IMG/VR virus record: IMGVR_UViG_3300028805_000355
DNA: 30,364 nucleotides
Direction: 5' to 3' (one strand)
DNA from: a virus
Below are positions 6,088 to 14,245 of the stretch, piece after piece (within the stretch, counting starts at the first letter, position 1; every line of letters begins with the position of its first letter). The translations under genes were made by a program, and so were the position numbers. The notes beneath the pieces were generated by a model. That model saw only the letters and a list, made by a program, of their open reading frames with translations, made no database searches and had not been told where the DNA came from.

Positions 6088-7210
6088 TGGCAAGGACCCT
6101 TCTATCGTTGAAGAACTCTCTATCTGGGGCTGCCCTGCAATGGACTGGCTCAACAAATCAGAGAATCAAATAACGAACCCTCAGAACGGCAGTCGTTTCA
6201 CATTCATTGGACTGGATGATCCCGAGAAGATTAAATCCATCAACGCCAATTACGTATGGATTGAGGAAGCGACTGAGTTAAATGTCGATAAGTTCAACCA
6301 GTTGGATTTGCGTCTTCGTAGAGATAACCCTGTACCCGGTAAAATCAACCAGATGTTCATTTCTTACAACCCTATCTCTTATAACAACTGGGTCATTCGT
6401 ACATTCCACACCAATGTTCCCCCTGAGAGAGAACCGCAGATATATCGTTCCTTCACCAATTTCACTCAGAACAAATATGTTAAATTGGAGAATGCTAAGA
6501 ACTGGTTGAGCACCGCAGAAAATAATGAGATGTTCTATCAGACCTATATCTTAGGTATCCCCGGCATCCCTATGGGGCAAATCTATCAGAACATATCCTT
6601 CGAATCCTCTGACCATTGGCCGATAGAGGTATGGGACATACGTCCATATTATGGTATCGATTGGGGATTCATCGATCCGATGGTATTGGTAGAATGCAGG
6701 AATTACAACGGTAAATTGTACATCCGTTGCTTATATCACGAAACCGAACGCAAAACCGCAGACCTGATTAAGTTTATGAAATCTATGGGTATAACCTCTG
6801 CAAACGAAATCTATTATGACAGTGCAGAAGCCGATAGGGGTGCTGAATTGCTAGCTGCGGGATTCACCGCTTATAAAGCGATGAAGAATATCAAGGCTGG
6901 TATTTCATACTGTCAAAGCATCCCGATTATCTTCGATGATAGCGGAGATATTGGTGAGAGAGCTGCTCAGGAAATCCTCGGATATACTTGGGAAAAAGAT
7001 CCGGACAATCAGGATAAATATATCGATGAACCGATAGAGACCGACAACCACGTTGCAGATGCTCTCAGATATGCTGCATTTACCCGCCATCTGCGTTCTG
7101 TAGAAGTATCGACTGGTAAGTTAGAGATAAATAACGTAAAAGAATGGATGGATAAGAAGATGTTTAACCCCTCTGTAGAGAGGGGTACGGGCGCATTCGA
7201 CCCGTATTAA
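6083..7210 (+). CDS. Terminase large subunit, C-terminal ORF (Walker B and nuclease), frame 2
   Basis: Open after TAG 6080-6082: VNGKDPSIVEELSIWGCPAMDWLNK...FTFIGLDDPEKIKSINANYVWIEEATELN...YYGIDWGFIDPM; first ATG at 6140. Confidence 0.88.
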   Translation, partial: VNGKDPSIVEELSIWGCPAMDWLNKSENQITNPQNGSRFTFIGLDDPEKIKSINANYVWIEEATELNVDKFNQLDLRLRRDNPVPGKINQMFISYNPISYNNWVIRTFHTNVPPEREPQIYRSFTNFTQNKYVKLENAKNWLSTAENNEMFYQTYILGIPGIPMGQIYQNISFESSDHWPIEVWDIRPYYGIDWGFIDPMVLVECRNYNGKLYIRCLYHETERKTADLIKFMKSMGITSANEIYYDSAEADRGAELLAAGFTAYKAMKNIKAGISYCQSIPIIFDDSGDIGERAAQEILGYTWEKDPDNQDKYIDEPIETDNHVADALRYAAFTRHLRSVEVSTGKLEINNVKEWMDKKMFNPSVERGTGAFDPY

Positions 7211-7557
7211 TATTTGCTCTCTACAGGAGTAGGTCTTTCAGGGGGATTACCGCCACGGAGTGCGTATTGCCTAATCTTATAAGCATACATCTGCCACTCC
7301 TTCTGTTTGCCCCTGTAATAACCCGCATAGTCAGCACCGGGGATGCAAGTGTAATCGATACAATGCTGAATCTCCGCGTGTGCTATTGCTAACTCGCTTT
7401 CAAGGTCGATTGTCGGTTTCTCTGGTATGGGCTCGGGTTCAGGAGCAGGGGTTGAAATTGGCTCCTCAACGGATTCAGTTGTAAGAGGAGTAACCTCTTC
7501 AACGTTTTCAATCGCAGGTTCTTGGTTTTTATTTTTGCGTGCCATAGTATCACTCAA
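7207..7557 (-). CDS. Hypothetical protein
   Basis: 116-aa ORF, Pro/Glu-rich centre; likely true start at MARKNK. Confidence 0.6.
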   Translation of the reverse strand: MSDTMARKNKNQEPAIENVEEVTPLTTESVEEPISTPAPEPEPIPEKPTIDLESELAIAHAEIQHCIDYTCIPGADYAGYYRGKQKEWQMYAYKIRQYALRGGNPPERPTPVESKY

Positions 7558-8240
7558 TATCTCTGTGATTTAAATAGAAATTCTTCAGTAGGGTATACTG
7601 GAATGATTATCCTACCTCCGATTGCGGATTTGGTAGATAGATTCGAGGGAATATACCCAGTAAGTTCCAGTGGTATATATGCACAGGTATCACAGAATTT
7701 CACCCCTGCATACATATGGGTTGGGAAGTAGATTAGAGCAACATCCACCCCAAGATTAATTGCGATTCCAGCATACAATAATGCCGAATCTTCACAATCT
7801 CCGCATTTTGTCATAAGTGTGCGAACGGGGAAACACCAACAATTCCTCAATCCGAATCTCCTAGAATCGCTGACATATTTCACATTCTGCTGAATCATTG
7901 CCTGTAGACAATGAATCTTATAATCCAGCGATTTCCCCCTGCATAATTCATCGAAATCCTCAGCAATCTGTTTAATAACGGGATCATCGAGGGTTGCGAA
8001 GTATTGCAGATTGTTCACATCACTATCGTGAACTTGCAGATGATATGTACTCAAATATATAGGGGGCACATCGATGATATACTTTCTCCATTTATAATAC
8101 CATATCAGTTTGGTGTTGGAGCCACCGTGCACCGACTTATTATATTTGTATATGCACAATATTACTCCGATATACGACAGGTATCCGAGCAACAAAATGC
8201 ATATGAACATCATCAACATTATATACCCTACAACATTCAA
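7554..8240 (-). CDS. Membrane-anchored transglutaminase-like cysteine protein
   Basis: N-terminal hydrophobic segment; ...KCGDCEDSALLYAGIAINLGVDVALIYFPTHMYAGVKF resembles transglutaminase-like core with C and H. Confidence 0.65.
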   Translation of the reverse strand: MNVVGYIMLMMFICILLLGYLSYIGVILCIYKYNKSVHGGSNTKLIWYYKWRKYIIDVPPIYLSTYHLQVHDSDVNNLQYFATLDDPVIKQIAEDFDELCRGKSLDYKIHCLQAMIQQNVKYVSDSRRFGLRNCWCFPVRTLMTKCGDCEDSALLYAGIAINLGVDVALIYFPTHMYAGVKFCDTCAYIPLELTGYIPSNLSTKSAIGGRIIIPVYPTEEFLFKSQRY

Positions 8241-8359
8241 GATATATAAAGAAGAGAGAGGGGCGGGGTTCGCTGATACAAATGTACGAGCACTATGTGC
8301 AAGTCGTCCCGTTGCCCTACTCTTATATTTAAGATATTGTGTCTATAATATATAAGGTT

Positions 8360-8731
8360 TTAGTGACAGAGTTCCGCATACCGAGATTTGGAATTGATAA
8401 TAGCATCCTTGACATCATAATCCTTTACTGACTTGGTACTCACGGTAATCTCTCCCATAGCACAAAGATTATTATAAATCTCTGGATACGAAGATTTAAG
8501 TATCTCGGTATCTACCTTGGAAAGATTCTTGCATACGATTTTCATCTCGGTCCCATCATAGGATGTGACGATCTCTCCATCCTTAAATTCAGACAGATAT
8601 CCGTTCGCCATCTCCTTGGCCTGTTTAGCAATAGCGGAATACCGTTTAGCAAGTTTGAGCAGGTATGCGGCTTTATCAACATTTGATTCGAATTGTTCGA
8701 GTGCATCGAACTCAGGATAATTCTCGTCCAT
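8360..8731 (-). CDS. Hypothetical protein
   Basis: 123-aa coiled-coil-like ORF in the replication operon. Confidence 0.6.
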   Translation of the reverse strand: MDENYPEFDALEQFESNVDKAAYLLKLAKRYSAIAKQAKEMANGYLSEFKDGEIVTSYDGTEMKIVCKNLSKVDTEILKSSYPEIYNNLCAMGEITVSTKSVKDYDVKDAIINSKSRYAELCH

Positions 8732-8755
8732 AACGTATAATCTCCGAGTTATTAT

Positions 8756-9835
8756 TTAAATTTTATCAATGGTGGTCATAGTGATTTTATCCTTGACGAA
8801 TATCTTATTCTCATCGATGGACTCGTCACTCGTTCCTTCTGCAAGAAGGATGTAAACGTCCGCGTGCTTGCCATCCAAGGGCCTGATTACCCTGCCGATA
8901 GTCTGACATAGGGTCAGAGGCGCAGTGGCCGTAGAAACGATGATAGCCACATCTGCTTCGGGATAATTGAAACCTACTTGAAGTTTCTTACAGGATATAC
9001 AGATATTCACATCCCCGTTTATAAATCTGGATAGCCCCTCGTGAGTAGATAAATGCAATGTATTATCGATACCTCTTGCGAGTAATTCCGAAGATAATTT
9101 TTTAGCCTGCTCCTGCAACATACAGAAACACATTATCTTACGTTCCTTGTTCTTCTCGATTAATTTGATTGCGTGTAATAGCCTAGATTCGAACTTATAA
9201 GTGATTTGTCTGCGCTTAAGGTACAACATTTGCAACCTTGGGTCGTTATAATATGTAGAGTAGGGCCATTTCTCACGATATCCGTTAATCGAGTTGGTTT
9301 GTTTGATATATTTCTGCATTTCTTTTTCGGTAGGGGGGAACTTGACAAGGTGGATCTGGGTCTCTGCGATGTTAGCTTCATCGTAGTTGACCTTCTGGAA
9401 GATGGGGCCGATTTTTCTTTCACTTCCGTTAGGTGTGCCGGACATACCGAGGATATGTTCTACCCCATAATCCAGCACTCTGCCCGATGCCTTTGCCATT
9501 ACAATATGACACTCGTCAAGAATCAGAAGTTGTGGGAAGAACCTCTCACGGTTCTCACGCTTTAACTTCTCGAATCTGCTGACTGCTGCGAGATATGTGA
9601 AATATTCCAAGTCGGGAATATCCTTGCACTCCGCTTTCCATTGATTAATAACCTCTTTCGTATTCGCAACAATCCATACCCTATCAAGAGGAAAAAATTC
9701 AAGGTATTGTTTGATACAGTTGGCTCCGCATCTGGTCTTTCCGGCGGACGTACACGCATAGAGTGTTCCTTTAAATCCAGTATTCGCCCACAATTGAAAA
9801 GTCTTCTCTTGCCAAGCGTACTTATTTTCAGTCAT
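8756..9835 (-). CDS. SF2 DEAD/DEAH helicase
   Basis: TSAGKTRCG (motif I), LILDECHIV (II), LGMSGTPNG (III), QTIGRVIRP (VI). Confidence 0.9.
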   Translation of the reverse strand: MTENKYAWQEKTFQLWANTGFKGTLYACTSAGKTRCGANCIKQYLEFFPLDRVWIVANTKEVINQWKAECKDIPDLEYFTYLAAVSRFEKLKRENRERFFPQLLILDECHIVMAKASGRVLDYGVEHILGMSGTPNGSERKIGPIFQKVNYDEANIAETQIHLVKFPPTEKEMQKYIKQTNSINGYREKWPYSTYYNDPRLQMLYLKRRQITYKFESRLLHAIKLIEKNKERKIMCFCMLQEQAKKLSSELLARGIDNTLHLSTHEGLSRFINGDVNICISCKKLQVGFNYPEADVAIIVSTATAPLTLCQTIGRVIRPLDGKHADVYILLAEGTSDESIDENKIFVKDKITMTTIDKI

Positions 9836-9960
9836 TGAAAAAAGATATACAATCGAGTATATAATAATATTTGTTCCCTGTAGGGGTAGAGGTCAACAGT
9901 CATTCCCTGTAAGGCAGTGGAGCTGCGGACATACCCCCGTGAGGGAGGAGAGTGCGGGTA

Positions 9961-10704
9961 TCACTCTCTTGTAGAGATCACCCATATGGAGTTGGCTTTA
10001 CCCTGAGGGAAATATCTGATTGAATTTATCCTCTGAATCCTGCCTGCTCTGGTAAGGTCGGATATACGACCTGCGACAGAGGGGTGACGCAACTTCAATC
10101 CGTCTTCTACCTCTTTAGAGGAAATCCCGTTAGGGAAAGCGGATATATAGTTGACGATCACGTTAGAGATTCTGCCAAATCCTACTGGGGGTTTTTTCTC
10201 AGTATATACATAGGTGACATAGTATTTAAACCCATCGTCGCGGAGAACACATCTTGTGTATTCTGACGGTGCAAGAGATTCATCCCAAATTACGTGAATA
10301 GGATAAAAAGCCCCGCCACGGGATAGGATAAGGTCACCCTCAGATCCGATATAGATTGCATTAGACATATTTGCTAATGATTTGCATTGTATATAGACAA
10401 ATGTCTGTTGCTCTTTGGTCTTGGGTGTACATCTGATTACTGAACAACCGTTTATATCGAATTTTGCTACCCAATCCCCGCACTTGGCATATCTGGACAT
10501 CCAAACACACCTGATAAGTTCGGATAGAGAATTGATACCTTTGTGTTCGGAATCATCCCCGAAACAATAGATATATTCAGACGTAGCAATCCTCTGGACC
10601 CCATGATCGATGTATAAAAATCTCCCTTGACCGATGGGCTCTATATCCATAGTCAGTATTGCTTTATTATCAGGTAAACATATGATATATAATCTACCAA
10701 TCAT
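9961..10704 (-). CDS. Protein with C-terminal winged-HTH-like region
   Basis: ISSKEVEDGLKLRHPSVAGRISDLTRAGRIQRI. Confidence 0.6.
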   Translation of the reverse strand: MIGRLYIICLPDNKAILTMDIEPIGQGRFLYIDHGVQRIATSEYIYCFGDDSEHKGINSLSELIRCVWMSRYAKCGDWVAKFDINGCSVIRCTPKTKEQQTFVYIQCKSLANMSNAIYIGSEGDLILSRGGAFYPIHVIWDESLAPSEYTRCVLRDDGFKYYVTYVYTEKKPPVGFGRISNVIVNYISAFPNGISSKEVEDGLKLRHPSVAGRISDLTRAGRIQRINSIRYFPQGKANSIWVISTRE

Positions 10705-11075
10705 TCTTTCTTTCCCCTTGTAGAGTAAATGTCTAATTTACGTTTATCGATTTCATCCTTAAGGTATTGTAAATCATCGAGAGCAGAATCGATTACCAAC
10801 CTACGTTCAGCCTTGGAGCTGCCAACTGGAATCTGAATCTGGATACGTCCTTTGGTTTCTGAACCAATAACGAACACGTCACAGGGAACTCCGCGCAGGT
10901 ATTTCACCCGGTCCTCGGAGAATATCTGTTTGGCATCGGTCATAATGTCAGCCTGAGAGGGGATTTCTGGCGAGAAATAACCGCATTTATCATCCTCGCA
11001 GAACGAACCCTCCAAACCCTCCTTGATAACCATCTGTTTCCCGCATTTCGGGCATTTAAGCGTTGTCGGAATCAT
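10701..11075 (-). CDS. Zinc-ribbon protein
   Basis: LKCPKCGKQMVIKEGLEGSFCEDDKCGYF. Confidence 0.65.
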   Translation of the reverse strand: MIPTTLKCPKCGKQMVIKEGLEGSFCEDDKCGYFSPEIPSQADIMTDAKQIFSEDRVKYLRGVPCDVFVIGSETKGRIQIQIPVGSSKAERRLVIDSALDDLQYLKDEIDKRKLDIYSTRGKKE

Positions 11076-11844
11076 CTTCCTCTACCTCCTCTTTTTCCGT
11101 GCCCGGCGGTACTAACTGCTGGAAGTACACATTGGGTGCACAATATTTCTCTCTGTAAGGACAGAACTTGTCACAATTCTGATTGGGTGTGCGTTCAAGT
11201 TCCCTGTTCTCAATGTGGTCGATATAGTCATCACATATTTTAGGGATGTAGTCCTCAGGGAGTTTTTCGATCACAAAATACTTGCCAGAGAGGAGAGAAT
11301 AGAAGAGAGCCTTGTACTCTCCGCCTTTGGCAAACATATAACAACGTGCCTGTAAGCGATACTCCTCTTTGTTCACATCCTTTCCAGTCTTGTAATCCAC
11401 CACAACCTTACCCTTAGCTTCTGGGAGTGTGGAATTCTCCACCTGTAAATCAATACGAGTCTGGAGAGATACCTTACGTCCCTTGGGTGTGATGAAATCA
11501 GTATATTCGGTCATTTCGGGAATCGCACCAACGAGTTTAGCAAACTTAGGGACGTTCTCGATGCACTTGTAGAACCTATCGTGGAGATTGATACCCATAC
11601 CGGGGACGACCTGAGGGACCTCATACTTTTGCAGATAATACTCTGGGTCTTTGAGATCTCCTTTAGTCATATCCTCCGCATAGTCGTGCACTGCACTCCC
11701 ACACTTCGCCCAGCAATCCTCGCTCGGACCCTCGGGGAAATGAGATAGATACAGGTAAGCCTTAAAGGGACATTCCAGCATCATATTGAGTTTGTGAGCA
11801 CTCAGATGGTAAACACCATCTGAGGGTACAAGAGGGTTAGGCAT
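11056..11844 (-). CDS. Cas4/RecB-like PD-(D/E)XK exonuclease with Fe-S-type cysteines
   Basis: LSAHKLNMMLECPFKAYL; KVVVDYKTGKDVNKEEYRLQARCYM; NCDKFCPYREKYC. Confidence 0.82.
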   Translation of the reverse strand: MPNPLVPSDGVYHLSAHKLNMMLECPFKAYLYLSHFPEGPSEDCWAKCGSAVHDYAEDMTKGDLKDPEYYLQKYEVPQVVPGMGINLHDRFYKCIENVPKFAKLVGAIPEMTEYTDFITPKGRKVSLQTRIDLQVENSTLPEAKGKVVVDYKTGKDVNKEEYRLQARCYMFAKGGEYKALFYSLLSGKYFVIEKLPEDYIPKICDDYIDHIENRELERTPNQNCDKFCPYREKYCAPNVYFQQLVPPGTEKEEVEEDDSDNA

Positions 11845-11845
11845 C

Positions 11846-12598
11846 TTATGCCCCGCCCTCAAGTTTCACAGACTGGTCGTGTACGACCATTATATCCGCA
11901 TCGGATAGATTCTCGACAATCATCGCATTGTGTGCATCGAGGAAGGATTTGACATATTCATTCACACCCTTGTTCCTCCTCATTGCAGCCTTGATATGGA
12001 TAATCATATCATTGCGAGTCATATTGCCAACAGGTATATCCTTCTTCTGAATAGTGGCAAGCTGCTCCTTGTTGATGATGTCCTCAAGAGACTCCACGGA
12101 TATATCCATATCATCTGCCATATTCTTGAGGTCCCTCTTGTCGAGTTCATCCACGGCAGTATATGGGCAGCCAGATGCAATCCTGAATGCACGTGCGATT
12201 GCCCGGGTCTCTCCCAACGAGTCGATGAACTTATGCATCATTGCAGAAGTATTATCCTTGGATGCAACCGCGTGCATAACCGTAGGCTCCAGAAGAAGAG
12301 AGATACAGGGGTTGTCCTTAGAAATACCCTTTTCAGCCAGATATGAATCGCTGGGAATCACGTAGACCTTGGCTTCATATCTTACTTCATCAGACGTGGA
12401 GCGGGTGGTCTGGGTCTGGACACGGTATTCTCCCTTGAGATCCATAAGGTACTGTAATCCACCGAATCTGATGAACTTCTGAACCTTTTTGGTCTGGGTC
12501 TTCTTGTCGAAATAATCCATTTCAATGATGAACTCAGGGGGAATGTTCTCCTTGGCATCAATGAATTTGGGGTCAGACTTAGATTTTGAATCAGTCAT
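11846..12598 (-). CDS. Putative recombination/ssDNA-annealing-associated protein
   Basis: SLGETRAIARAFRIASGCPYTAVDEL resembles the ETRA.GRA.R segment of phage recombination-associated proteins; adjacent to a RecB-like nuclease. Confidence 0.45.
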   Translation of the reverse strand: MTDSKSKSDPKFIDAKENIPPEFIIEMDYFDKKTQTKKVQKFIRFGGLQYLMDLKGEYRVQTQTTRSTSDEVRYEAKVYVIPSDSYLAEKGISKDNPCISLLLEPTVMHAVASKDNTSAMMHKFIDSLGETRAIARAFRIASGCPYTAVDELDKRDLKNMADDMDISVESLEDIINKEQLATIQKKDIPVGNMTRNDMIIHIKAAMRRNKGVNEYVKSFLDAHNAMIVENLSDADIMVVHDQSVKLEGGA

Positions 12599-12655
12599 AA
12601 ATAAGTATATGACTGCACTATATATAAAAGTTGGGGAAGAAGTTTGAGGGAAGAT

Positions 12656-12892
12656 TCAAGAAAGGTATTCTACCCTCTGACGTTTCTTCATCCATTCAGT
12701 TGTCTCGGTCCTTTCGTCAAGAGCGAGGACAATCATATCCGCGTCCGGGAATACCCTTGCAGTCTTGAGGAGATAGGTCTCATCGAGAGATTTGTTGAAT
12801 AATTCATCTAATTTAGCCCTGTCAGCGGATTCCTCATAATGTAACAGGGTATTACTCTGAGGTTCGGTAACAACCAACCTATAAATAGCCAT
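12656..12892 (-). CDS. Hypothetical protein
   Basis: 78-aa ORF. Confidence 0.5.
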   Translation of the reverse strand: MAIYRLVVTEPQSNTLLHYEESADRAKLDELFNKSLDETYLLKTARVFPDADMIVLALDERTETTEWMKKRQRVEYLS

Positions 12893-12917
12893 ATATACAG
12901 ATAAGATACTTTACTAT

Positions 12918-13094
12918 TTATTTATTACGGTGCAATTTAGATGAAAGATAGGGAAAATGATACTCGAAGAATGAATCTTGCTTATCTGAATTTTTAAAAT
13001 TTGTCAATACACGCTTGAACATAGCCTTAAGGGGAGTTAGGAACAAAATGCCTGCGAGCATCTGTATAGCAGCATCCCAAGCACTTTGTTCCAT
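12918..13094 (-). CDS. Small hypothetical protein (58 aa)
   Basis: MEQSAWDAAIQMLAGILFLTPLRAMFKRVL-like ORF immediately after 13099-13458; absent from ORF track. Confidence 0.45.
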   Translation of the reverse strand: MEQSAWDAAIQMLAGILFLTPLKAMFKRVLTNFKNSDKQDSFFEYHFPYLSSKLHRNK

Positions 13095-13098
13095 AGTC

Positions 13099-13458
13099 TC
13101 ACTGTTTGATTTCGACAGTCACGATTTTATCATACAGGTTGACATTCTTCAGGATGTTCTGTATGTCATCGTATAATTTAACTACATTCACCGCGAATTC
13201 GAGAGGTGTGATAGTCTCGTCTTCTTCCATCAGCGTGATGTCTTCCAAGGTCTTACTAAGTGTGGTAAAGTAAGTCGTACCGTTCTCTTTATCATACTCT
13301 TTGATTGCATCACCATAAGTCGTGAGTGCTTTTCTCAGATACGCGATAACCATCGATGCCATCTGGTCAGCCTTGATTAACTTCTGATCCTTGATGTAAA
13401 AGATGATTCCCGCTATGACAATTCCAATCACAAATGCAACGATTGTAATAACGTCCAC
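13099..13458 (-). CDS. Single-pass membrane protein (holin-like topology)
   Basis: MDVITIVAFVIGIVIAGIIFYIKDQ N-terminal TM followed by soluble helices. Confidence 0.55.
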   Translation of the reverse strand: MDVITIVAFVIGIVIAGIIFYIKDQKLIKADQMASMVIAYLRKALTTYGDAIKEYDKENGTTYFTTLSKTLEDITLMEEDETITPLEFAVNVVKLYDDIQNILKNVNLYDKIVTVEIKQ

Positions 13459-13547
13459 ATTATCACCGATTGAGATATATTATACAAAATATATAAAGAG
13501 TGGGTCTTAAAATTATGGAAGTATCATCCAACCGTTATTAATATGCT

Positions 13548-14149
13548 GGACATAAGTGGTACACAGTTTTATATATCTACTAAAAAAGTAATTGATTAGA
13601 CAATTGTCTAATTATAAAATATTGATTAGATATTTGTCTATCAAACCAGTAACACCCGAAACACATACTAAAAAGCAATAACGTATTACTTGAAAAAAAA
13701 TTGTATTAATTCTACAGATTTGTGTACCATTTGTACCACGTGTCCATCGACTTTTCAAACATTTCGTGAATTTTTGCATACAAAACGTAGACAATAGCAA
13801 TAAAATCGATAATATTGAGATAAAAACCATCAGTTTTTTGCGTGTTACTTTCACGAAATGTTGATTTTGGTCGTGGACAAGTGGACATCTGGTACACAAC
13901 TCGAAAATTAACTATAGTTTAGAATTACAATAAGTGTTCATATCCACTCATCCAACTTTACTAAAATGCCGGACACAAGTGGTACACAAAAACCGAAAAA
14001 ATAGCCCTTTATTTATATATATCACTCTTTATGTACCATTTGTCCATTGTCCAATAGTAAATAATAAACCTTGAAAATAGGGGGTAGTTGGATATAAGTA
14101 TTCTATAAGTAATAGGAGAAAAAACCAGTGGTACAAATGGACGTGGACC
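13548..14149. repeat. Iteron-like cluster (TGGTACA/TGGACA modules), both orientations
   Basis: 13548-13565 GGACATAAGTGGTACACA; 13721-13746 TGTGTACCATTTGTACCACGTGTCCA; 13875-13900 GTGGACAAGTGGACATCTGGTACACA; 13971-13988 GGACACAAGTGGTACACA; 14032-14052 TGTACCATTTGTCCATTGTCC; 14128-14149 GTGGTACAAATGGACGTGGACC. Confidence 0.8.
13591..13640. repeat. Two 20-bp direct repeats 30 bp apart, first containing a perfect 16-bp palindrome
   Basis: attgattagacaattgtcta (13591-13610) and attgattagatatttgtcta (13621-13640); TTAGACAATTGTCTAA at 13596-13611. Confidence 0.85.
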
Positions 14150-14245
14150 GCAAACCTCATACGTATGCAGCAATCCTCTTTGTCTGCACAGTTTTGCTAC
14201 TACTTTGTGGGAATGTATTTATATGTGCTAGATTATCATCACAGT

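Noticed and set aside
6088-6139. Short intron in terL
   Set aside because: The unexplained segment is far too short for a group I/II intron and no bulge-helix-bulge-like structure was evident; an indel, +1 frameshift or micro-hop are simpler.
5860-6140. TAG readthrough as the explanation of the split terL
   Set aside because: The frame-1 stop is TAA (6085-6087). The nearby TAG (6080-6082) is in frame 2, and readthrough there alone would not connect the Walker A frame to the downstream frame.
13484-14160. CRISPR array interpretation of the intergenic repeats
   Set aside because: Repeats are short modular sites (7-26 bp), in both orientations with irregular spacing, lacking constant-length spacers; iteron/operator interpretation fits better.
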